This document shows, in pieces, positions 51,380 through 64,000 of a DNA stretch of 64,000 nucleotides (positions are counted from its first letter, which is position 1; each line of letters opens with the position of its first letter). The notes under the pieces were generated by a model. That model had not been told where the DNA came from. It saw nothing but the letters and a program-made list of their open reading frames with translations, and did no database searches. The stretch lies in the NCBI RefSeq assembly GCF_009914755.1, contig NC_060935.1; one strand, given 5' to 3'. The DNA comes from the human T2T-CHM13v2.0 reference genome, Homo sapiens. Made by a program: the position numbers and the translations under genes.

Positions 51380-51928
51380 TTGCCTTACAGTTCCAAACCA
51401 ATTCTTCATTGCCTTGCTCTGTGATACGAGACTAACCTAGGCTGACTACATTTCTCCTTTCCCAGTGGAGCGAGTGGCTATTAGGTTCTGCCGATAGAGG
51501 GTGCTGGAAGGAGAATACAAAGCCAGTTGCAATGCTCAGTTTTTCACAAAGTAGCAAGTAGATCAGTGTGCAGGGGAATCTTGGTACATTTCAAAGCAGC
51601 GACTCTCCAGGTTCTGAGGTGAGTGCCCTCCAGCCAGTTTCTTCTTCACCACAGCAACAAGCAGCATACTGCCACAGCAGCCATACTCTCCTCTGAGGTC
51701 TGAATCTCAGCCTTGTGGAGCTCTAAGTTCCTTCCTTTTTCACTTTTCCCTCAGCCTTAGGTACAGCAATCTTTTTCTGCAGTTACTATCTCTATTATAC
51801 CTTAGAATTCTCTTTTATCTCTTTTAAGTAGTTAAAAACCTTTTACCTAAACAATTCTTAATATTAAATTTTATCTATTTAAATTATTGATGGCATTTCT
51901 GTCTCCTCAACTGGATCCTGACTAAGTA
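51380..51928 (+). mobile_element. LTR41-like ERVL solo LTR
   Basis: ctacatttctcctttcccag...ttaggttctgccgatagagggtgctgg and the end tttctgtctcctcaactggatcctgact. Confidence 0.75.
51488..51507 (+). promoter_or_regulatory. LTR41-borne candidate CTCF motif
   Basis: ctgccgatagagggtgctgg resembles the CTCF core GCCAnTAGAGGGCGCT. Confidence 0.5.
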
Positions 51929-52900
51929 GGATAAATGTTATGATCCTGGTCATAGAGTGCAGCCCCCATATTTTACAGATAAACTGGAGCTCCAAAGATT
52001 GGAGTGACCTGCCCAAAGTCACACAGTGGTAAACCTGGGATTTGTAGTCCTGTTCCCAACTCTCAATAAACAATAAACATGTAGCAAACACCTATTCTGC
52101 ATCTGGGCTCTATGTTGGCTGTTGAAAAAAACGAGATGAACTAACAAATCCCTCCCATCAGGGGAACCTACTATCTAGTAGAGGAGACAGACACTGAAAC
52201 CAGAAGGAGTTCTAATGGAGGATGACAAGCACTAAGACAAACAGAATAGGAATTACTAACTCTGGGAGAGTGGGAGAAGGCTTCCTAGAGAGTCTCATTT
52301 CACTACACTTTACTCCCCAATCTGAAAGATACCTGAGTTGAACAGAGGGTTAAACAACTTCAAAATAAACCTGTAGCCAAGGCTTAAGAAATGCAAGTAA
52401 CCAAACAAGAAGCCTCAACTCTGGGCATAACCAGAAATATCACTAATGGCAAATCCTAAAGTAGAAAGCAATACAGAAACAAATTATGGATGAACACTCA
52501 TCAGTATTAACTTAGGAGATGAACTGCACTGGCTCACAAAGAGCAATAGATATCAGATGAACGACAACATCCTGGAAGGCTTTTGAGAGGAGAATATAAT
52601 TATGCTAACTAAGCTCTGAAGAAAGCCTGGCAAGACTGCAGAGGAGATGCAGCCTGTTTCAGAGAGCACTTGCACATGAGTAAGAATATACCTATAATGA
52701 GCAGACACTGGTACAGAGTAACAGGAAGAGATCTTGAGAGCCCCAGACCAGAGAGGAGACCTAGGTTACCTTACTCTCCAATTCTAACTGAATCAAGCTT
52801 CTCACTGCTTCTCTTAAAACAACAAGCTCTTTCATATTTCTGTGATTTTGCATATACTGTTTTCTCTGCCCACAATGCCTTTCATTCCCCTTCTGTCTAA

Positions 52901-53249
<349 letters not shown>

Positions 53250-55456
53250 CCAAGTATTACTTTCACTGTAAACTTTTCTCCAGTCATTCCCTGCACCCTT
53301 GATCTGGGCAAAATTAATGATTATCTGTTTAGTGCTCTTTATACATCTCTCATTATAACTTATTATGCTGTAATGTAATTATTTGTGTGTCTCTTTCCAA
53401 ACAAACCATGAGATTCTTATCAGGACATATACCTACCCCACCCCTGCCCAGTGCCTGTTATTATTCCTAGTACACCGCAGGAGTAATGTATATAAAATTG
53501 CTCTACTGAATTGCCTGGATAAACTCAGCCTTTAAGCCTAAGAATGAATGGATCCTGGAGCCCTAAGATTTCCCAATTCATGACAAATCCTTCCTGGGGT
53601 CTAGAACATTAGGCTGTACTAGAAATTCAGTAAATATTTGTACTTGAGAGCTTAAGTATTTCTTTGTGCCAAACCAGCAATGCAACTGTATATCTTTAGA
53701 GCTTCCACTAAAGGAATCAGTTTTTTGCAAGTCCAAACACAACAGTTCTTTATCCTCCTCCTCTACATAAATTGGAAAATAGACTGAGAATTCCAATCAG
53801 CTGAAACCTTCCCAGAGAAGAGGACTTGGTTGTTTACTACAGTTCAAACCATTGCTATCTAAATTTCAATGTTGGTGGCATATTTTTTCTTTTGGCAGCT
53901 CATTCTGACTTAGGGCGGATGCATCATGCACCGCAATCAGAGAGCAGGAGTTGGAGTCAAAAGAAGAGAATGAGTCCCAGACACTGTCATGCCTTATTTT
54001 TTCAGGTGAACTTGGACAAGTCATTTAATCTCTCTGAACTTCAATTTTCAGCTGGGAAAGAGGAAAAATGCTACCTGTCCCACCAGGCTACTACAGGATC
54101 AAATGAGAAGTATTCCTTACTGCATTGCTCTCTGACCTTAAGAATTTGACCTTCTCTGTAGAAGTCCATATACAAAGGCTAGAACAGAGAAACGACAGAG
54201 CAGTAAGGTTCGAATCAGACAACCTGAGATTAGTCCCAGCTTACCACTCAATTATGTGATAGAGCAAGGCATTTAATTCTCTGAACTTCAGATTGTCCAA
54301 TCTATAAAATGGGGATAATCCCACCTGCCCTACTTACCTTATAGAATCATTATGAAGCTTTAAAAAATGAGATAATATAGATGAAAGCAATTTATTTGAG
54401 AAATCATGAAGTTTCATTATAATATGTCACTTACGTGGAATTCAGCAACCCAATTACCTTGTCTTTCTGGAACACACAGAGAACTAGGAAGCAAGCAAAA
54501 AAGGTCTCTCTAAAGCCAAAATAACTGTCTTTAATTCTTCACACTTTACTACTAGTAGAGTCCCTAGGGCCTTACTCTTCCTTTGAAAACACATCTAATA
54601 AACAGTAATTTGGGAGCACCACACAGAGTAGGAGAAAAGTGACAAAGTAAGAAAGGAGAACAATATTCTCTGTTGTGTTTCACAAACAGCAAGGAGAAAA
54701 GGCAAAAAAAAAAATTCAAAACAACCACAAAAATCTAAAAAGCATAGTATTCACACCAAAAAGTGGCTTTTAGCTTTTTTGTTTTAAAGTACAGTATTAG
54801 GGTATTTAGTATAAAATGTATTACTGTAACATAAAAAAGCAGACTAGCTGATGTTCAAAATAATTAACTTGAACCTCAAGAAAGATTCAATAATGTTCTG
54901 ACTATTCTGAAGAGGGTAATATATAATGTTTTTAGGGAGAAAATTCACTCAAAACAGTAAACTTTTGGGGGGAGTGCTTAAATGAATAAAGCATCAACTG
55001 TCAAGGTAAGTTAGTCATCTGGTGGGTGCCTCTACCTAATTTGCTAATGGACATAAAAATTTATTGGTGGAATTATGAATAAGTGCCCTAAGGTCACACA
55101 GCTTGTTAAGCAATAGATTCAAAACCCAAGCCTCTCAGAATCAAAAGCCCATACTCTTCCCAGTGCAAATAGCTACCTTCAAACATGGTAATACATGATT
55201 TCTTCACCTGTCAAACAGGGAATGAAATGCTGATACAGACATCTTCATAGAGTTGATAAACTGAATAAATGTCCTCTCCTTAGACCCTACTTTTGGATTT
55301 TAAATGAAGTGTAAAACCATAAAAACAAAGAGAAATGGAGACGAGCAATAGCCATAAAATACTGAAAGCTAGAAAGCAGATGGATGAGCAGAAACTGACT
55401 TATTAGATCCAAGGAAAATGAATACTAAGTCAGCAGTGGGAAAAAACAAAAACTAA

Positions 55457-55915
<459 letters not shown>

Positions 55916-56295
55916 TAAAGACCAAGATTGCCTCCCCTAGTATAGAAGACTAAAGGTTTTCTTTTCCCTCTGGAGAGAGTAAAACAGAGAGGGTCTCCAG
56001 ACAAAGAAATAACAGGCACAGTTGAGGGCAGGGTTACTATACAGCAAAGAAGACTGTAAGTGAAATGAATATTGAGGATCCCCCTACAGCCTTGTTCTCC
56101 CACTTAGCTTCCAGACCACAGGCAGCCAGGCCTCCAACTTGTAGGAAGGAGACTAGAGGATTCTTCCGGAGAATCTGACCAGCCCTAGTGGAAAAACCTA
56201 AAGATACTGACATGTAGTTGCCCCACACATAGCCCAGGCAAATCATCACACAGAGAAGTCCACACTCAGTAAGCCCAACTCATGTATTTAAAACC

Positions 56296-56995
56296 TTTTT
56301 TTTTTCTTTTTTTTACAGACAGGGTCTCACTGTCACCCTGTCTTCACACTTTACTACTAGTAGAGTCCCCTTCTTTGAAAACACATCTAATAAACTCAGT
56401 AATTTGGGAGAATCACACAAGGCTGGAGTTTAGTGGCACAATCACAGCTCACTGCAGCCTTAAACTCCTGGGCTCAAGGGATCCTCCCACCTAGCCTCCC
56501 ATGTAGCTAGGACTACAGGTGCTCACGACCACATCCAGCTATTTTCTTTCTTTCTTTTTTTTTTTTTTTTTTGAGACAGAGTCTTGTTCTGTCGCCCAGG
56601 CTGGAGTGCAGTGGTGTAATCTGCAGCTCACTGCAATCTCCACCTCCCGGGTTCATGCCATTCTCCTGCCTCAGCCTCCCGAGTAGCTGGGACTACAGGT
56701 GCCCGCCACCACACCCGGCTAATTTTTTGTATTTTTAGTAGAGACGGGGTTTCACTGTGTTAGCCAGGATGGTCTTGATCCTCTGACCTCATGATCTGCC
56801 TGCCTTGGCCTCCCAAAGTGTTGGGATTACAGGCGTGAGCCACCGCACCTCACCCTTCTTTTTTTTTTTTTTTTTTGAGAGATGGGGGTATCACCATGTT
56901 GTTCAGGCTGGTCTCAAACTCCTGGGCTGAAGTGATCCTCCCACCTTGGCCTCCCAAGGCACTAGGGTTGCAGGTGTGAGCCACCACATCTGGCC
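56296..56995 (-). mobile_element. AluJ split by an AluY (56542-56855) and by a 79-bp foreign insert (56341-56419)
   Basis: Right arm 56296-56540, left arm 56860-56995, AluY in the A-rich linker. Confidence 0.85.
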
Positions 56996-57008
56996 TGCAC
57001 TTAAAACA

Positions 57009-57280
57009 TTTTTTTTTTTTTGAGACAGGGTTTCACTCTGTCACTCATGGCTCACTGCAGCCCCAACCTCCCTGGGCTCAGGTGATCCTCCCACCTCAGC
57101 CTACTGAGTAGCTGGGACTACAGGTGGCACACCACCACGCCTAGCTAATTTTTCTATTTTTTGCAGAAATGAGGTTTCAGTGTGTTGCCCATGCTGGTCT
57201 CAAATTCTCGTCTCAAGCAATCTGTCTACTTCAGCTTCCCAAAGTGTTAGGATTACAGGTGTGAGCCATCACACTCGGCC
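57009..57280 (-). mobile_element. AluJ
   Basis: Dimer with a small deletion. Confidence 0.85.
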
Positions 57281-57515
57281 AGCATTTAAAACTTCTAATC
57301 AGCTTTTTAGTATTCCACTTTTAACAACGAACAGACAACCAAGAATCACCAGATATACAGGAAAGCCCCAACATAAAAGACAGAATTCAGATCCTATTTA
57401 TACCAGAAGAAATTTGGGACCACAAATAAAAAGTTATTTGAAAGAAAGCATAAACATGCTTGTCTTCATCAAAGTTTGTCAATGGTGAATCATATCAGGT
57501 GAACCTCAGCCATCA

Positions 57516-57841
<326 letters not shown>

Positions 57842-58412
57842 AGGCCTCTCCAAACCTAGGGTTTGTTTTATTGATGGTTATTCACTTCATAGGGGCAAGA
57901 GGTACAATAAAAAATAATTTGCTGAGTCCTGCAAGATGCTGCACCGTATCTGCATTTATTTTCCTGATTCCAAAGATATCTGTTGTGAACGGATCCATAT
58001 GTGGATAAATTGAGTGTTCCAATGAAGGCACTAAAATAAAGAAACTAATGGGTCATAGACAAAGCATTAAGAGATGCATCACTGTGTTTACTAATCATTG
58101 ATGCTACAACATGTAGTTAGATTTTTGTATGAGGAAGGAGGTCTCTCATGCCATAGCATTTCCCCTTCAGAAGTCAGGGAGAACTTCACACAAAACATGG
58201 TGCTTGAGAAGAGTTTTAAAGAAAGAGTAGAAGTTTGTCAGGCAAAACAGAGGAACAGAAAAGAGGGGAAGTGTAACATAAAAGAAAAACTACCAAGGGC
58301 TAGTCTAAATGAGCACAGAAGAGTTGAGAAACTGCAATTAATACAGTATTGCAAGAGCAGTAGGAAGTGAGGCTGAAAAGGCAGGCAGAAATCAGATCAA
58401 GAAACACTTTGT

Positions 58413-58645
58413 AGGCCAGGCATGGTGGCTCACACCTGTAATCTTAGCAATTTGGGAGGCCGAGGCTGGCAGTTCGCTTGAGCTCAGGAGTTCAAGACCA
58501 GCCTGGGCAACATGGCGAAACCCCGTCTCTACTAAAAATACAAAAATTAGCCGGGCATGGTGGCATGCGCCTATAGTCCCAGCTACTTGGGGGACTGAGG
58601 TAGGAGGATCGCTTGAACCCGGGAGGCAGAGGAGGCAGAGTGAGA
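58413..58645 (+). mobile_element. Alu, 3'-truncated with no tail
   Basis: Alu sequence ends after gggaggcagag. Confidence 0.85.
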
Positions 58646-60317
58646 GTGGCTATAATCTTCCAAGCTATGTACTAGCTGTTCCCAAAAGGCAATTCTCATA
58701 CTTACAAACTCCAGGTTCCGTTCTCAGCTTATTGTGAAGCAAATTATTCCATTTCTAAGAGAACAGTGACTACCAGAGACATTCTAATGGTCCCCCTAAG
58801 GAAATCAGCAGCTCAAGGCCTCTACCCTCAGGTTCTTTCATTTTTCCTCCTGAGGTCTTCTTTAAGCACACAAACATTGTGTTATGTTAGCTTATCAGAA
58901 AGTATTTCTCAGTCTGGTTTCAAGGAAGACATGTATCTGCCCCAAGCCTTCACTTCCCAATTCCCAATGATGGTGGCAAATTCCAGCCACTTTTTAGAAC
59001 TATATTAAACTAACACATGTACACACACACTTGCATAAATGTCTGACTTCCCCATGTATACTCCTTAAGGAGATAGGAAGAAAAATAGAAGGGAATAATT
59101 AATGAGCACCAACTTAACACTTGATCCTTTCCTATATATTCTCTCATTTAATACTCACTGTAACCTTGGGAAAGGTGATATCTATAACTCCATTTTCAGA
59201 GATGAAAAAACTATGGCTCAGAAATTAAATGACTTACCCAAGGTCTGAAACTTGAAGCCACATGTTTGGGTTGACTAACACTTTTCTACTACCTCATGTT
59301 AGGTTCCCCATATCTTATTTTATTCATTACTAAATATTCACTCAACACAGTCTGCTGAATTGCATTATACTAAGCCACTCACTGAACAAATTAGCAACCA
59401 GGAAAAGCAACTGAACAGAAAAATAAAGGACAAATTAAAAACTTGGACAATGGATGCAGGTTCCAAAACAAAAAACAAAAAAAAAAAAGAGAGAGAGAGA
59501 GTGAAGTAGCAACATCAACCCCAACAAGCTCTTCAGAGCCCTGACTAATACTGGCAAGGATTGAAATAGCCAAAATGCATGTTGATAGATCTCCATTCCA
59601 GAATTTTATCTCCTCACCCAGCCCAGCAGAGTCCCTGGTAAATTACTGCCAGTCAGGCACACATCACAAATGAATTACAATAAGCAGATGCAATCTCTCC
59701 CTGTAGCCTTCCCACTCTCACAAAACCTCTAGGAACTAAAGAAATCTTTTGTTCTCCATCTGAACTGCCCTTGCTGGTAACAGGAAATTGGGTTTGAGAA
59801 GCAGATGGCTTGTCAAAGAGCCTAAAACCTAAAGTGAAAAGGAAGTAATTTACTAAAACCAAACATTCCAAAAGAGAAACCAAGCTTCTCTGAGGTGACA
59901 AAGAGTGTCTTCATTGTCATGGCTTGCCCTCTAAACAGAGCGTCCCCAAATCACCTTGTAGGAGGGGCTGAGGCAAAGACTCAGACTAGCTCTAGCCACA
60001 TTCATCTAGATTTTTCTAAAAGTAAGCATCATTTGTTTGTAGCAACTATGTTTGGTTATGGAGATTTGACTATCAAAGTATTTTGTTATGGAAGAAAAGT
60101 ACTACTACAGTAGTTAGATCCTCAATATAAGAAGATGAGACAAAAAGGAACTTACAGGTTAAATAAGATAATGTTAAGTAAAGAACCTAAGAACAGAGCT
60201 AGCACAAAGTAGATGATTAATTTGGCTGCGCATTTCAATCTGCTATGCAACTTAGGTCCCTTCCCCTATCTGGGTCTTCATTTTCTCAATTCAACAGTTA
60301 AATGGTACAACATTTAA

Positions 60318-60699
<382 letters not shown>

Positions 60700-61614
60700 A
60701 CACAATCAAGACTTTACTAGACAAGAAGCTCTTACTGCTCCTTCTAGCTACACTCTCAGGACTAAGAGATTACCTCTACCTGTCCATCAGCCACTTCTAA
60801 GCCAGGAGCATCCTTTACAGTGCAGTTCACCATCTGTGCTAGATGCTTCATTAAGTGTAAAGCTGATACTGTACTTTGTTAGAAAGCTAGTGCACAAATG
60901 TTACCTAGAGATGAATAAATCATTCCAGTTGTGTTGGGCTGCAATTGCAAGGGCAGCATCTGTGGGTCTGAAAACAGATGGTCTTATAAGGATGGAGGAT
61001 TTGGCTCTTATCTGAATTTCCCAAGGCAAGCAGGTTTGGATCAGCAGGAAGCCTGACAGGGAAGCACCAGAGTAGAGCTAGTATCCAGTGATGAGGAAAG
61101 ATGACAGAATTGCACATGCAGTTTCTTTCCATAATAAATGAATATATCGGAGGATGCAATTACCAAAATCCCAAGCTGCTATTTTTGTACCTACTCATCA
61201 ACTTCTAAATCATTTTCTTTTTTGTCCAACACTTTCTTATTTCAACACAAAGACATGCTCAGAGAAATTACCTAGTAAAGCCCTGGCATAAAATAAGAAC
61301 TTTAAGATCTACTGACTAAAACAAACTGAAAAAACAAAGAAAAACAAATTAAACTGATTTGATAAAAGTAGAATAAATGCCTATTATACTGTCAATAATA
61401 GTAGGTATACATTAAACATGTTAATGTTTGAGGTCTAGGGATTTTACATACATTCTCTCGTTCAATTCTCAAGGTAACCTTTATTTTATTATCTCTATTT
61501 TATAGATAAGAAACTTAAAGTTCCAAAACGTCAGATACTCTGCCCAGAGTCAGATACCAAATTACCTAATGGAAGTCAGAACTAACCCCCACTCCCACCC
61601 CTACCAAGGGCTAA

Positions 61615-62850
<1,236 letters not shown>

Positions 62851-63109
62851 TAGGTCCCATAGATTTGTTATGATGATTAAATGAGATAAACTTATGAAAA
62901 TGCTTTGTGTAAACTATAAAGTATTATAGAATGTTTATGATGTTTATGATGATGATAGGAGAAAGTTTAGAGACAATCTACTTAAGCCCTTCACTTTAGA
63001 GATCACCCCAAGGCCCTAAAAGGTAAAGTGAACTATCCAATGTCCCAGTTATTTAAAACCAAACCATAATTAGACTCTAGGACTTCAGATGATCACACTA
63101 GGAGACTTG

Positions 63110-63915
63110 CTTGGCATTACCCAACACAGATTACCTGATCTCTGGTACTCCACTTTCTCTAGGTTCTTCCTCTACCTCACTGGCTACTCCCTTGATCTTT
63201 TCAACTTCTCTATGTTAGAGTGTCCAGAGTTTGGCAGTCCGATCTCTTCTTTGCTCTAAGTACACACATTTCCTAGGTGAGCACATCTACTCCATGGCTT
63301 TATATATGCTAATTACTCCCAAATTTATTATCTCCAACTTGAACTTCTCTGAATTTCAGACTTGTATATCCAACTGCCTGAGATCTTTTGGTTATCTAAT
63401 AACCATTGTAAAAATGTAATATGTCCAAAACCAAATGTCTAACTCCTTCCTGCAAACCTGCTCCTCCCACTGTTTCCCAACTCTATAAGTGGCAATTCTA
63501 ATCTTGTAGTTGCTCAAGGCAAAAACCTCCGAATCTCCTTTGACTACTTTCTTACTTTCATAATCCTCATCTAATCTATCAGCAAATTCTGTCAGTTCTA
63601 CTTTCAAAACACATGCTGATTCTAACCATTTCTTGCCATTACTACACTGACTCAAGTCTTCATTATTGTTTTTAACTATTGTAACAGCCCCTGCTTCTAT
63701 CCTTGCCATCTGCTTATCCTGTCTCTCTCTTCCCAGAAGCCAAAATGATCCTTTTAAATAAAGTTTGGAGCATGTAACTCCACTCTGTTGAAAACCCTGC
63801 AATGAGTTATCATCTCAGAGTAAAATACAAGGTCATTACCATGACTTACCAGGTAATCTAGCTCCCTTTATCTAATCTTACCCCATAGCACTCTCCTCCT
63901 TGCTCCATACTACAG
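63110..63915 (+). mobile_element. L2 fragment
   Basis: cagacttgtatatccaactgcct...gttgctcaaggcaaaaacc...atcagcaaattctgtcagttctactttcaaaa. Confidence 0.75.
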
Positions 63916-64000
63916 TAAAATTAAATTTTAGCATCAACATTTGTGTTGTTTAGAAACCATTCTGAGGGGGCCAAAAGCACAGACACCAAGAAGAATATGC

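Noticed and set aside
57845-58100. Non-repeat-looking stretch with short Cys-rich reading frames
   Set aside because: No family could be recognised and the frames are short; a homology search would be needed.

Overview
Primate, almost certainly human, nuclear DNA dominated by interspersed repeats. I find no intact protein-coding exon: the listed ORFs are Alu-, L1- or LTR-derived, or chance ORFs. Main contents are about 40 Alu/FLAM copies, a full-length but dead L1PA8A-like element (19252-26270) with an apparent 3' transduction, a long L2 (8350-12070), many MIR/L2/old L1 fragments, solo LTRs (MLT2A, MST, THE1, MLT1, MER41, LTR41, LTR33-like) and DNA-transposon relics (2x MADE1, MER8, MER3). 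The most informative non-TE items are a 163-bp NUMT of MT-CO1 (31796-31958), a tailless 5'-half tRNA-Ile(TAT) retrocopy with TSDs (27480-27516), two short locally templated insertions (16635-16694 and 56341-56419), an inverted L2-end pair that shares private variants, and two CTCF-like motifs. A strong + strand bias of L1s and LTRs suggests an intron of a gene transcribed on the - strand. From memory, a 163-bp COX1 NUMT lies in FAM168A intron 1 (11q13.4); this is unverified. I see no convincing new multi-gene system; the interest lies in the record of DNA and RNA capture events. Repeat subfamily calls come from remembered consensus sequences and boundaries are approximate.
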